In this document: positions 11,063 to 23,035 of the stretch, in pieces
Layout of the letters: each line of letters starts with the position of its first letter
Position numbering within the stretch: position 1 is the stretch's first letter
Origin: Ascoidea asiatica JCM 7603
Taxonomy: Eukaryota > Fungi > Ascomycota
Assembly (NCBI GenBank): GCA_001600695.1
Contig: BCKQ01000003.1
Coordinates: 1,355,116 to 1,419,115, forward strand
Reading direction: 5' to 3'
Length of the DNA stretch: 64,000 bases
Translations under genes and position numbers: made by a program
The notes under the pieces: generated by a model
The model's input: the letters and a program-made list of their open reading frames with translations, nothing else
What the model was told of the DNA's origin: nothing
Databases searched by the model: none

Positions 11063-14000
11063 ATGAATAATATTAAACAAAATGATTTCACCATTAATAA
11101 TTTCAAAAACAGTTTTATAAACTATGATGATGACAATAATAATGATAATAATGATAATAATGATAATAATGATAATGATGAACTTTTTAATAACAATTTA
11201 TATAATTATAATATTAAATCATTTTCAGATTCTAAAATTACTGAATTAATTAAAAAAGATCAATTTCTTTATTATGATAATACAAATAATAATGATAATC
11301 AAAAAATTAAAAATTTAGATTCAGATTCTATTTTATCAAATAATATTAATAATAATATAAGTAATTCAAAAACGCTGAAACTTAAACAAAATGATGTTAC
11401 TGATTTTAAACTTAATGAATTTCAAAAAAATATTATAGATTCAAGTTTTCAAAAAATTTTAAAATTACAACAATCAAATTCAACTCAATCTTCAATTAAT
11501 AATTCAATTAATAATAATCAAAATGAAAAACTTGGAAAAAATGAAAAAATTAATAAAAATTCATATAATTCACTTGATTCAATAAATAATAATATTAATA
11601 ATAATATTAATAATAATATTAATAATAGTAATAATAATAATAATAATCGATTCAATTCAAATATTGATGATAATTTCTTTTTATCAACAAAAGGTAAAAA
11701 ATATTTAGATTCAAGATCAAAACAATTAGTATTTAAAAAACCTTTATTACCATTTTTAATTAAACATTTTAATTGTAAAATTACAAATATTTATTCAATT
11801 AATCAATTTCAATCAATTTCAAAATTTAATATAAATTCAAATGTAAATTTAATATTTATACCAAATTCAAAAGATTTCTCATTTTATAGAGAATTTTGTG
11901 ATATTTTTTATTTTTTTATTCAATTTGATTTAGATTTTAATTCAATTTTAAATTTTCCAGAAATTTTATTTTTTTATATTAAAATTTTAATGAATTCTTC
12001 AATTGATCCAATTCAAGATCAATTAATTTCTTATTTAATTGATTTTCTTAAAACTTTTAAAGATAATAAATTTAAAAATAATAAAAATAAACTTAAATTT
12101 AATCATTGGCCTGCTTTTTTACAATATATTTCAAGAATTTTTAATTTAAAATTATTACCTTCAATTTATAATTTTGATTCAATTATAACTTCCAACAATA
12201 ATCAATCAAATATATCAAATATTTCAGTAACTGACTTCAATAATAGTGAAAAAAGTAAAATTTCAATTTCTTTTTATACTGGAAATTCAATCTCTGATAG
12301 TATTCAAACTATAAATATAGAATATTTATCAAATCCAATAAAATTATCAATATTTCTATATAATCAAAGACTTAAAATAATTTCTCCTTTTTTTAAAAAA
12401 TGGTTCAAATTTTATAAATTATCAATTTCTCTTTCAAATTTACTAAAAACTAAAAATAAAATTATTCAAAATAATTTTTTTTATAAATTTTTTTTATTAA
12501 AATTTAGTAAATTTAAAAAATTATCAAATATTGCAATTAAATTTAAAAATTTATCAAATTTAAGAAAAATATTTTCAATTTGGTTTAAGAAATTAATTTT
12601 TATTAAAAAATTATTAATTAAATCTTCAAATTATTATGAAATTAAATTAAAATTTAAAATTTTTAGAACTGTTTGGCTTAATTCTTTAAATTGTTTTAAA
12701 GATCTTGAAAATATTTCTCAAAATAGAAGACTTTTAATAATTCAAAAAAAATATTATGATAAAATTTGGTTTACTTTCAAGACTAAAAAAAATATAGAAT
12801 ATATTAAAAAACTTAGATTACATAACTATTATAAAAAAAATTTTAATGTTTGGTTCAAGAAATTTAAAATAGTCAAACAAATGAATGATGATTGTAGATT
12901 AATTGAATTAGCAATGGTTGGAGGTTCTTATTTCATTCAATGGAAATTTAAAAGTAAAAAATTGAAATTAAAAAGACTTGAAATATCTTCAATTTTAGAT
13001 AATAATTTAAAGAAAAAAGTATTTGAAAAATTAAAATTTTCTCATAAACTTCAAAAATTAAAATTAGAAGTTATTGAGAAAAATAATTTCAACTTAAAAA
13101 AATTCATATTCCAAGAATTTTTAATTAAAAGATTTCTAGAATCACAAATACTTAATAATTATTATATTGGAAAACCAAATATTCAAATTAAAGAAAAATA
13201 CTTTAATCAATGGCTTAATAATTTAAAATTATCTCAGAAGGTAAAAGAATTCAATAATAAAATTTTAAAAGCTAAATATCTTAAAAAATGGTGTTTAAAT
13301 TCACAAGAATTAAAATTATCAAAATATAATAATTTTAATTTACTTAAATTATATTTCAAAAAATGGAGATTAGCTAAAAACTATCAAAGTATTATAAATA
13401 AAGATCAGAATTTAACAAGTAAATATTATAAAATTTGGTTTAATAAATATTTAATAATAATTAATTTCAATATTCAAGCACTACAAATTTCAAATTATTT
13501 AACAGCGTCAAATTATTTTGCAAATATTTGGTATAAAAAATATATTAATTGGCAATATAATAATGAATATTGTAAAAAAATTTATTTAAAAAATTTTTTA
13601 AAAAATAAATTACTTAAAAATTATTATCTTAAACATGATGGATTAAAAATTAATCAATTGATAATTGAATCTAAAGTTTTATTTAATTTAAAACGAATAT
13701 ATTTTCAAAAAATGATAATAAAATTTAAAATAAATCAAATGAATAAGTTAGTACTTAGGAAAAATTTTAAGATATGGAAAGATAAAATAAATATGATAAA
13801 TATAATAAAAAAAGAAGCAGATAAGTATTATTTTAAAAATTTAAGTAAATCAGTAATTAATGTTTGGATTTCTAAAAACGAAAGGTATAAATCATTTGAA
13901 ATTACAGCATTAAATTATTATTCCGAAAGTTTGATTGAAAATATATTTAGAAATAATTTTTTAAAAATAATTTTAAAATCTCAAAATCTTGAATATAATT

Positions 14001-15016
14001 ATAAAGAATTTACATATAGATTATTAGAGAATAAATTTCAAAAATGGAGTATGGAATATCTAAGATTTAGAAGAAATAATGATAATGCAGAATCATTTTT
14101 AAAAAGATGGAATAAAAATAAATTAAAGAGAATATTTATTCTTTGGGTTAGAAAATCAGAAGAATTTAAAATTGATTTATTAGATCATCAGAATATTGAT
14201 AAACAAATTGAAGGAGAAAATGAATTTGATGTTGATTATAATGAAGAAGATGATGATGAAGAAGATGAAGATACATCACCATCTAAAGAAAGAAGAGATA
14301 GAATATTCAAACAAAGACTGAGTAGTTCAATTAATTCGTCAAATTTAAATTCAAATAGATCAAGATCATCAAATTCTATCAATCAAAGTAGAAGAAATAT
14401 ATCATCAAATTCTATTAATCGAAGTAGAAGAAATATATCAGGAAATATATCAGGAAATATATCAGGAAATACATCAAGAAATTCAATAGGAAACATAACA
14501 GGAGATAGATCAAGAAATACATCAGGAAATATTTTAAGAGATGATTCCAAAATTCAAAGTGGAAACATAACTGGAAATATATCAGATTGGAGATTGAAAC
14601 CTTTGAGATCATCATTAAAAAGTAGAGATGATATTAATATTAGTAATATGAATATGAATATGAACAATAATAATAATAATAACAATACGAATAACAATAT
14701 GAATACAAATGATTTTACAAAAACACCAAATACAGTTAGATTTAAAGATATTTCTACATTATTATTAACTCCAAGATCAGAAATGATTAGAAATAAAAAA
14801 ATTGAAGAATTAAAAAAATATTATAGTCGAAAAAATAATTCAAATGAAATTGATAATAGTATTTTACCAAATTTTAATTCCCCATCAATTATAAATAGTA
14901 GTAATATTAATGATTTAAATACATCTATAAGAATACGAAATAATAATGAAACTCCATTTCTTTCAAGATCAAAACTAAATGATAATGATAGGTTTTTATC
15001 ATCAAATAAAAAGTAA
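11063..15016 (+). CDS. SFI1: Probable Sfi1 spindle-pole-body half-bridge protein (centrin-binding Trp repeats)
   Basis: Long basic helical region with many [FL]xxW[KRF] repeats (FFKKWFK, IFSIWFK, YFIQWKF, YFNQWLN, YLKKWCL, YFKKWRL, NFKIWKD, KFQKWSM, IFILWVR). The C-terminal tail has TP/SP CDK-type sites. Confidence 0.72.
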   Translation: MNNIKQNDFTINNFKNSFINYDDDNNNDNNDNNDNNDNDELFNNNLYNYNIKSFSDSKITELIKKDQFLYYDNTNNNDNQKIKNLDSDSILSNNINNNISNSKTLKLKQNDVTDFKLNEFQKNIIDSSFQKILKLQQSNSTQSSINNSINNNQNEKLGKNEKINKNSYNSLDSINNNINNNINNNINNSNNNNNNRFNSNIDDNFFLSTKGKKYLDSRSKQLVFKKPLLPFLIKHFNCKITNIYSINQFQSISKFNINSNVNLIFIPNSKDFSFYREFCDIFYFFIQFDLDFNSILNFPEILFFYIKILMNSSIDPIQDQLISYLIDFLKTFKDNKFKNNKNKLKFNHWPAFLQYISRIFNLKLLPSIYNFDSIITSNNNQSNISNISVTDFNNSEKSKISISFYTGNSISDSIQTINIEYLSNPIKLSIFLYNQRLKIISPFFKKWFKFYKLSISLSNLLKTKNKIIQNNFFYKFFLLKFSKFKKLSNIAIKFKNLSNLRKIFSIWFKKLIFIKKLLIKSSNYYEIKLKFKIFRTVWLNSLNCFKDLENISQNRRLLIIQKKYYDKIWFTFKTKKNIEYIKKLRLHNYYKKNFNVWFKKFKIVKQMNDDCRLIELAMVGGSYFIQWKFKSKKLKLKRLEISSILDNNLKKKVFEKLKFSHKLQKLKLEVIEKNNFNLKKFIFQEFLIKRFLESQILNNYYIGKPNIQIKEKYFNQWLNNLKLSQKVKEFNNKILKAKYLKKWCLNSQELKLSKYNNFNLLKLYFKKWRLAKNYQSIINKDQNLTSKYYKIWFNKYLIIINFNIQALQISNYLTASNYFANIWYKKYINWQYNNEYCKKIYLKNFLKNKLLKNYYLKHDGLKINQLIIESKVLFNLKRIYFQKMIIKFKINQMNKLVLRKNFKIWKDKINMINIIKKEADKYYFKNLSKSVINVWISKNERYKSFEITALNYYSESLIENIFRNNFLKIILKSQNLEYNYKEFTYRLLENKFQKWSMEYLRFRRNNDNAESFLKRWNKNKLKRIFILWVRKSEEFKIDLLDHQNIDKQIEGENEFDVDYNEEDDDEEDEDTSPSKERRDRIFKQRLSSSINSSNLNSNRSRSSNSINQSRRNISSNSINRSRRNISGNISGNISGNTSRNSIGNITGDRSRNTSGNILRDDSKIQSGNITGNISDWRLKPLRSSLKSRDDINISNMNMNMNNNNNNNNTNNNMNTNDFTKTPNTVRFKDISTLLLTPRSEMIRNKKIEELKKYYSRKNNSNEIDNSILPNFNSPSIINSSNINDLNTSIRIRNNNETPFLSRSKLNDNDRFLSSNKK

Positions 15017-15174
15017 GAAAGAAAAGTAAAAATAATTTATGATATTTTCGAGATAAAGAATATAGTTTAAAGATATAATTGCTAATTTATTACGCGGTGA
15101 GTTGATTTTAGAAACAAAGGTATTAAATTCGCTTGAAGGTAGTTTTTAGTAGTTATATTATAATTATAAATGTT

Positions 15175-15300
15175 ATATATATATCATATATATATATATC
15201 ATATACAGTATATGCATAATATATGTATATAATAAGAGTATAATATATACTAAATGTAAATTATATATTATAGATTGTATATTATATATATATATATATA
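15175..15300. repeat. (TA)n-rich tract in the SMT3 3' region (probable terminator efficiency elements)
   Basis: Multiple TATATA runs between the convergent SFI1 and SMT3 genes. Confidence 0.6.
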
Positions 15301-15369
15301 AGGGATTTATAGGATTAATAAAGTGTAAGTCGTAAGATAAAAAGATGAGTAATAATATTAGAATTAGAT

Positions 15370-15684
15370 TCAAATAAGATTACCACCAATTTGTTCACGA
15401 TGGGCTTCAATAACATCACCATCTTCTAAATCTAAACTATCAGGAGTATCATCAGCATTAACTCTTTCACCATCACTTAAAAATCTTAAACTTTCTATAG
15501 ATTTACCTTGTCTTTTACAAAAAGCCTCCATTAATCTTTTCATTGGAGTTGATCTTTTAATTTTAAAATATATTTCACTTGAACCATCACTAACTTTTAA
15601 ATTAATATGAGTTTCTGATTTAACATCAGGTTTTTGATCATCAGTTGGAGGAGGTACAGTTGCATCAGTTGGACCTTCAGACAT
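15370..15684 (-). CDS. SMT3: SUMO
   Basis: [37 protein letters not shown]...[10 protein letters not shown], followed by a 3-aa propeptide NLI. Confidence 0.98.
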   Translation of the reverse strand: MSEGPTDATVPPPTDDQKPDVKSETHINLKVSDGSSEIYFKIKRSTPMKRLMEAFCKRQGKSIESLRFLSDGERVNADDTPDSLDLEDGDVIEAHREQIGGNLI

Positions 15685-16589
15685 TATTAAAAGTATTTAA
15701 AGAGTTGTTGATATAATTAATTTTATTTAATTTACTTTACTTGATAAAAATTAATACAATTTTCACGAATTTTCACAAAAATATCCAATCAGAAAATAAA
15801 AGACAAAGAATAAAGCGCTGACTGAGTGTTTTATATGATTATAATATTGAATAGATACAGTAAAGTAAATGTAATTGCTTGTTGGTTATAATATCTCTAG
15901 GATCTAGAAGAAGCAGTTTTAAAGTAAACCAAGAAGTTTTGCAGATGGAGCAGAAGAATCAAAGCCAGTTGAAATACACTGCCAAGGGGAGCTCTGTCTG
16001 GGGCCAGATCCGCACCGTGGGTTTCCGTTTATTTCCGGGGCTATTTCAAGGTTTTTCCGTGGGTTTTCCACTGCTTTGCAATGTTTTTCCGCGGTTGCGC
16101 ATCTCGAAAACAGAAACAGAAACAAAAACAGAAATAAGAAGAAAAAATAAAAACAATCGAAAAAATGTTGAAATTTTTAAAAAACAACGCGACAGTCAGG
16201 TGACTAAACATTTTACTGGCGGGTAATCTAAAAAAAGAAATATTTTTTAAAAAAAAACAAAACACGTGTTGATTTACTTTAGACCACTTTGTCCTCGGTT
16301 TATGTTTCAAAAGTATTACTACTTTGGGAATTAGAGACCTATTTTTGTGATTGGAGAGAAGTTTATTAACACAATTGAAGAAGTAAATAGTTTAATAAAA
16401 TATTTTGAAAAATTAAATTTCGTTTATTGATATCATACAAAATAGAAGCTAAATCAAGAATCAAAAGCTATAAAGTATAAAAAAAAATAGAGCAGAAAAA
16501 AATCAAGTAGGAGAAATTAAGGAAAATGTATAAAAAGTAAAAATTAAAAATTTAGGATTATATTATAAGAAAAAAAATTATTTTTAAAT

Positions 16590-18287
16590 TTAAGCTGAAG
16601 TCATTCCAACTTTTTCAAGTTCTTTCTTTTCTTCACCTTCTTCTGATGAACCTTCACCAAATTCATTAACTGTTTTTCTTGGTCCATAATAAAATTTATA
16701 AGCATATGAATAGTAATATATCATTGATAATATTGCAATACCAAATGTCATAACAACTGTATAATTCATAGAATCTTTTTCAACTGTTTTTGCACTTGGG
16801 AATAATGATATTATAATAATGAACAAAAGCCATGCAATTGCTATCCAATTAATAATTGGTGATAAAACTTTTCCCATATAAAATGGTCCTGGTTTAAAAA
16901 TTTCTTTACCATAAACCATTCTTAAAAAAATTGGCATACCCCAAGCAATATAATTACCTGAAATTGCTAATGTAAATAATGCATTAGCTGCTGTTGTACC
17001 AATTAAACATAATAATCCAAATATTAATGACATTATACCACTAAACCAAACTGCTCTTAATGGAACTGATAATTTTTTATTAACAACTTTAATAAATCCA
17101 GAAAATGGTAATCCATTATCTCTTGAAAATGCCCAGACTTGTCTTGAAATTGCTGTTAAAATACTTGCTCCCATTAAATATTGACAAAATGCAATTAAAC
17201 TCATAAATGCAATTGCCCAATTTTTTCCTAATGAATCATAAATAATTTGTGCTAATGGTTGTCCATATTTTGTACCTAAAATTGATTCAATATCTTCTGT
17301 AATACATGCACAAATAACTATACAAATTACCCATCCTAAAATTGCACAAATTGAAATTGATGATACAATTCCTAATGGTACAGCTCTTGCAGCATTAGTT
17401 GCTTCTTCTGATTGATGAACACATGAATCAAATGCACCAATAACCCATGGAGCTGCCATCCAACTTAAAACAAATTGAAATCCAGTACTCCAAGTTGAAT
17501 AATTTTTAATTTCTCCAAAAATAAATTTACCATCTTTAAAACCATCAGTATTAACTTTTGTACCAATTGGTAATGCAATAATAAATAAAACAATTAAACC
17601 AACATTACAAACAATAGAAACAGTTTGTAATTTTGCAATTGCATTTGAAGCAAGTGAAGTTGCAAAAATATGTGAAACAACACAAGCTGCAAATACACCA
17701 TATTGTTTACCAGAAGTAATATCAAAGTTTCCATCTTTTTGTATGACAACAGCTGCAAGAATTTCATTAGCTAAACCATAATCAATAGAACATAAACCAC
17801 CAATTAAAGCTAAAGAATTTATATTACCAATTAAAAAACTTAATGGAATTTTTAAATTTTGAGGAGCATAATGATAAGTCCAATAATATAAACCACCACT
17901 TGTTGGAATTGAACTACCTAATTCAGCCATACTTATACCAATTGCAAGAATAAAAAATGAAGCAATAAACCAACCCCAAACTAAACCAACTGGACCACCT
18001 GTTAAACCAACAGCTAATACAGAAGCAATTGAAGGTAATAAACCCATAATTGAAAATGCAATACCAAAAACTTGTAAAGTTGAAAATTGTCTTTTTAATT
18101 CAGGTTTATAACCAATTTCTTCTAATAAATCATTATCTTCTATATGTAATTTTGAATCAATAATTTCTTGTTGTAAAGGAGATCTAATTGGAGATAATTT
18201 TGTTGTTAAATTATTACCAGTTGAAATTGAAGCAATATTTTCAAGATCTTTTGGAATCTTTGCTTCAGAAGCTTTAGATTCAGACAT
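16590..18287 (-). CDS. UGA4: GABA/polyamine permease (APC family)
   Basis: EIGYKPELKRQFSTLQVFGIAFSIMGLLPSIASV matches Uga4. Also PTSGGLYYW, AFDSCVHQSEEA, AFSRDNGLPFS and about 12 hydrophobic segments. Confidence 0.92.
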   Translation of the reverse strand: MSESKASEAKIPKDLENIASISTGNNLTTKLSPIRSPLQQEIIDSKLHIEDNDLLEEIGYKPELKRQFSTLQVFGIAFSIMGLLPSIASVLAVGLTGGPVGLVWGWFIASFFILAIGISMAELGSSIPTSGGLYYWTYHYAPQNLKIPLSFLIGNINSLALIGGLCSIDYGLANEILAAVVIQKDGNFDITSGKQYGVFAACVVSHIFATSLASNAIAKLQTVSIVCNVGLIVLFIIALPIGTKVNTDGFKDGKFIFGEIKNYSTWSTGFQFVLSWMAAPWVIGAFDSCVHQSEEATNAARAVPLGIVSSISICAILGWVICIVICACITEDIESILGTKYGQPLAQIIYDSLGKNWAIAFMSLIAFCQYLMGASILTAISRQVWAFSRDNGLPFSGFIKVVNKKLSVPLRAVWFSGIMSLIFGLLCLIGTTAANALFTLAISGNYIAWGMPIFLRMVYGKEIFKPGPFYMGKVLSPIINWIAIAWLLFIIIISLFPSAKTVEKDSMNYTVVMTFGIAILSMIYYYSYAYKFYYGPRKTVNEFGEGSSEEGEEKKELEKVGMTSA

Positions 18288-18918
18288 TTTTTTTAGTTAG
18301 TTAAAATGATTAATTAAAGGATATATTAATTTTGATAATAAATAAATAAAAAAATTATAGTCAGAAATTAAAAAAATCGAAATTAAGAGGAATTTTTAAT
18401 CTTTATATACAAAGTATAATAACTAATCGCATTCAAAAAAAATTGAATATTCATTTCCTTATTTAATAAATTTGTATGCATTTGATTAAAAGAAAATAAG
18501 AAGTTGATAATAAAATTAGTTTTTTAAAACCCGTATAATACCAAAAGAAATAACTCAAAATATAAAATAACCTGCATGATATCAAAGTTTGAAAAGCTTA
18601 AATGACTTGAAACTAAGAAAAAGAAAAGCAAAAAAGCTTAAGATTATCAAAAAAATTTGTAATTAAGCTTTTGAATCAAGCTTTTGACTGATAACGTATA
18701 CAGTACCGGTATGCTATTAAATAATTGATAATTTAATTTCCATTTCTTATCTGATGAATAATCAGTAATACTACTAGTATTAGAAATAGTAATAAAAATA
18801 GTAGTTTTGCTTAGAAAAACAATACTAGCTAAATATTTGAGTAGACATTAAAGAAAGATCTTTTTTGGAATCATTTATGAAAAGTTCTTAGAATTTATTT
18901 ACAGTTTAAAAACTAAAA

Positions 18919-18963
18919 TCTTTTAGATTTCTTTTAGATTTCTTTTAGATTTCTTTTAGATTT
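18919..18963. repeat. (TCTTTTAGATT)4 11-bp tandem repeat upstream of UGA4
   Basis: Read directly from the sequence. Confidence 0.85.
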
Positions 18964-20789
18964 TTAATATTTGAATTTTCAGTATGGATTTGAACTTGAG
19001 GGAATCCAAAATGTCTTTGGAAGCCAAATTCAAAATTTAAAATGAAAAAGTAATAGATATAGAAGTAGAAAAGGATATAGAAATAGAAATCTAATTCAAT
19101 ATAATTTAAATTATATTAATCATATTTTAATCAATTAAACCAGCTAACCAAATAGATTATAAAATTGACGCTGGCGCTAAGAAGAAATAAATATTAACGA
19201 TTCTAGCTCCAGACTTCCTAGTGATATTTGATGTAGGATTAGTAGTATTAAATTGCTTTAAATAATTAAAGTAAAGTTTGATTAAATAAAAGCTTTTTTA
19301 AGAAAAGCCCTTGGCAGAATAGCCTAAATTGCATTATTTTGCTTAATTTCATTTTTTTGAATAATAGTAAATTGAATATATTAAATATCCTAATATTCCT
19401 ATCATTCCAATATTCCAGCTCTAATAAAGATGTAAAGGTATAAACATAAAAATAATGAACAGTTCCACAACCACCAATAAACACAGCGCCACCAGCAAAA
19501 GGACTTTCAGCAGAGGCATTCGCTGCACTCCTCGCGATTTGCTGTTTGCTATCGTATTCACTTACTGAAGCACACCGGCGGGAGTTCCCAATCTGGTAAT
19601 TGAGAGCCACTGCTCGCTCTAAAATATTCATTTAAATTCAATACTCAAAATTGTAGTATTTTAGAAATATTCTGAGCTATTCACATTAATATTACTCATA
19701 ATAATAATAACAATCACAAATAAGTTATAATCATTCGATAAATATTTTAGATCAAAAAAAATAATACAATTGTGAAAGAATCATCTAATCAATTTAATTA
19801 TTTTGCAAAATATAGTTTTATGGATTGAATAAGTTTTATATTTTCCTTCTCGAAAAAAAGTATTTGAACTTCTATGACCCTAACAATTTAAAAAATGTTT
19901 CTTTATTTTCTCTAAGATTTCTTTAAAAATAATTCCTATTTTGATTGAATTAAACTAGCTAAATAATGGATTTTATAAAATGTTCTTCATAAAGTAAGTT
20001 ATTGATTCATGAAATTTTATAAGAATATAATAAAAATTACTTTCTAGAGGTTACATCTAATTTAAACCTTTATTTCGATATTACACTACATTATTATTCA
20101 AGAAATATTATAAAAAATAATTGAATAATATCATAAACCTTTCCTTTCATTGAGTTAACTACTAATAAGTATCGGTATTATTGTAAGTTAATAAATCATG
20201 TCTTACATTTATTTCAATTTTCTGTCAATTTTCTGTCAAACTTATGTCTATCAATAACATTTATTACTATCAGTTAAAGGGTCTTCATGTATTTATATTT
20301 TCAAAACATAAATTTCAGATCTAAGATTGACTAGATGATAATGATTTTATGTAAGAATCTATTACTTAATCTGATCAAATTATACTATTCATTGTATTTT
20401 ATTTATTTATTGACTCAAAATAAAATAACAATCTTAATAAATAAAAAATAGCTCATATGTTAAATTGTTTTCAATATATTAATTGAAGGGCGCATTTTAG
20501 GTAAATCTAGTGTTAAATTAAATATCAATCATGTATTTTACAGTAATGAATCAACTCCACCAGGCACTTTTTCTTAAGCATTTTTAGTGCCCTTTCAAAA
20601 ATTATCATTGCCAGAGAAGGAGACCCCAGAATTGCGGATCTTCTATTACTGGCGGCTATTTTGAATTAGGAAATTTAAATATTTTAATAAATATATGGAA
20701 ATTAACTAAATCGAACTGATTTAATTTGAATAATATAAAAATATAGTTGAGAAAAAGAAGAAAAATGATAAATATAACTCATAATCAAT

Positions 20790-22172
20790 TTAGCCAAAGA
20801 TTTCTGATTCAATCTCAAAACAAACTTTTGTAAAAATTTCAACAATTTTTTCAATTTCTTCTTTACTTACAACATATGCTGGTGAAAACATTATATGATC
20901 ACCTTTATCACCTAATGTACAGTCCATACCTAAAAGTTGAAGACCTTTTTTGAAACATCTTTCACTTACTTTATGTGCCAAATCAATTTTTTTATCAAAT
21001 GGTTCTTTTGTTTTTTTATCTTTTAAAAATTCAACACTTCTAAATGTTCCAATACCTCTAACTTCTCCAAAAATTTTGCTATCTTTTAAATTTTCATTTA
21101 ATAAATCATTCAAATAATCTCCCATAATTTTGCAATTTTCAATATAATTTTTTTCAAAAATTTTTTTTTGAATTGCTAAAGAAACTCGACAATTAAATGA
21201 ATGCGATTGATATGTATGACCTCCAGTAATTTTACCAGAACCTTTAATGAATACTTCTCTAACTTGTGGTGAAATTAAAACTCCTGCAATTGTTACATAT
21301 CCACTACCTAATGTTTTACCAATAGTTTGTATATCTGGTCCTTTATTTAATGGTAAATAATTTTCCCATGCATGATATTTTCCACTTCTACCCATTCCAC
21401 ACATAACTTCATCTAAGATAAATAATGATCCATATTTATGACAAATATCTCTAATTCCTTCTAAATATCCTGGAACTGGTTCAACACATCCTAAACTAGA
21501 TCCACTTATTGTTTCACAAACAAATCCAGCAATATTCTCAGGTCCTGCTTCAATAAATTTATCATCAATTTCTTTAAGAAGTCTATTTTTATATTCTTCT
21601 AAATTTTCATTTGATTTTTTATCATGAAATGGAAAACATGGACTCACTTTTAAAAATTGTTCTTGAGATAAATTAACTGGTCTAAATTCTTCATATCTTG
21701 GTGTATCTCCAATTGATAAAGATCCTAATGTAAAACCATGATAACTTTGCTTTCTTGAAATAAATTTTGTTCTTTGACGTTCTCCTTTTTCAATAAAATA
21801 CTGATATGCAACTCTAAGCATATTTTCATTTGCTTCTGATCCAGATCCAACAAAAAATCCAGAAGAAAATGAACCTTTGGGAGAATGATCACAAATAAAT
21901 TCAACTAATTTTTCTGCATTATAATTTCCTGTATATAATGTAAATGAATAAGCACATTCCTCTGAAGCTTTTTTCATTTCTTCAATGATATCTGGATCGC
22001 CATGTCCTAAACTACCAACCGAAGCTGATGTATTACCATCAATAATTTTTCGTTGGGTATGAGTGACCGGATCTTCAACTGTTAAATAAACTCCTTTACC
22101 TCCAATTATCATTGGTTGTTTTTCATCAATTATTGATTGAAAAAGGAATGATCCTGTATTCTTGCTTGACAT
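20790..22172 (-). CDS. PLP-dependent class-III (omega-) aminotransferase, substrate unknown
   Basis: SLGHG, GSGSEANE, ISRKQSYHG, LDEVMCGMGRSG, PDIQTIGK (PLP lysine) TLGSGY, GHTYQSH, VRGIG. Confidence 0.92.
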   Translation of the reverse strand: MSSKNTGSFLFQSIIDEKQPMIIGGKGVYLTVEDPVTHTQRKIIDGNTSASVGSLGHGDPDIIEEMKKASEECAYSFTLYTGNYNAEKLVEFICDHSPKGSFSSGFFVGSGSEANENMLRVAYQYFIEKGERQRTKFISRKQSYHGFTLGSLSIGDTPRYEEFRPVNLSQEQFLKVSPCFPFHDKKSNENLEEYKNRLLKEIDDKFIEAGPENIAGFVCETISGSSLGCVEPVPGYLEGIRDICHKYGSLFILDEVMCGMGRSGKYHAWENYLPLNKGPDIQTIGKTLGSGYVTIAGVLISPQVREVFIKGSGKITGGHTYQSHSFNCRVSLAIQKKIFEKNYIENCKIMGDYLNDLLNENLKDSKIFGEVRGIGTFRSVEFLKDKKTKEPFDKKIDLAHKVSERCFKKGLQLLGMDCTLGDKGDHIMFSPAYVVSKEEIEKIVEIFTKVCFEIESEIFG

Positions 22173-23035
22173 TTTTAGTTTTCTAAATTTTGTTTTTTGT
22201 TAATTTTTTTAATTGGTTGAATTGTATGATTCATAAATTAATTTATTTTAGTCCAAACTAAAAAAGTATGATTCCGATAAATGATAGTTTGATATTTGTA
22301 TTTTTTAAAATCAAAAAAGCCAAAAAAAAAGCTAATTTTCCTATCAAAACCATTCCTATTTATATTTCTTAATTTTTTCAATGAATTTTGATAAAAATCT
22401 TTGATAAATATTCCACAAATCGTTGATAAGTTTTTATTCAACCTTCCATGTTTGTCTAATTCAGCAAATTCAACTAATTCGACAAATTCGACAAATCTGG
22501 AAATTTAGAATGCTCTCGCATCCTTCATAAATATTGAAGAAATAATATCCATTTTCCCTTAATTTTTACATTTGAGCATATATATCTTCAATAGATTAGA
22601 ATGCTTTAAGAGAATAATAAAACTCCATAAGCGAATACCTCTCTCTTTTATCACCTATTGATATGCTTATAACTTAAACATTTGTATAAAGCAATTCATA
22701 TTTATCTATCTTTATTCAAATACATTGATATCAAATGTATTAAGTATATTCTCAGCTACAAAGATCACTCTGTTGTTGAATAAGTGGCTACTTCCTATTT
22801 CGGATTTCAAGCATTGATTCTGGGACCGTTCAAAAATTCTGTCCCAAATCGGGCAGCTCCAAATCGGACAACTTAAACCATCAAGAATTGACGAGTTCAA
22901 AATCCCCTTTAAAGAAAGAATACAAGAATCAAAGATTCAATTAATTCCAGTTTAAATTGATGTTATTGATTATATCTTTTATTCGCTAATTAATCCAAAC
23001 TTTTTATAAATCGATCCCAGAAAATATTGTTTGAA

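Noticed and set aside
15879-16310. Three overlapping short ORFs upstream of SMT3
   Set aside because: By-products of a GC-rich regulatory patch with no coding signature.
10759-18963. Short tandem repeats as a CRISPR-like or telomeric array
   Set aside because: They are spacerless microsatellites in a eukaryotic gene-dense region, with no cas genes or chromosome-end context.
18981-19030. B-box-like GTTCAAATCC on the - strand suggesting a tRNA gene
   Set aside because: I could not build an A box, acceptor stem or cloverleaf. At most it is an isolated TFIIIC-like site.
19266-19631. 121-aa ATG ORF between UGA4 and the aminotransferase
   Set aside because: It overlaps a GC-rich promoter island, its composition is unlike real genes here, and it has no recognisable motif.
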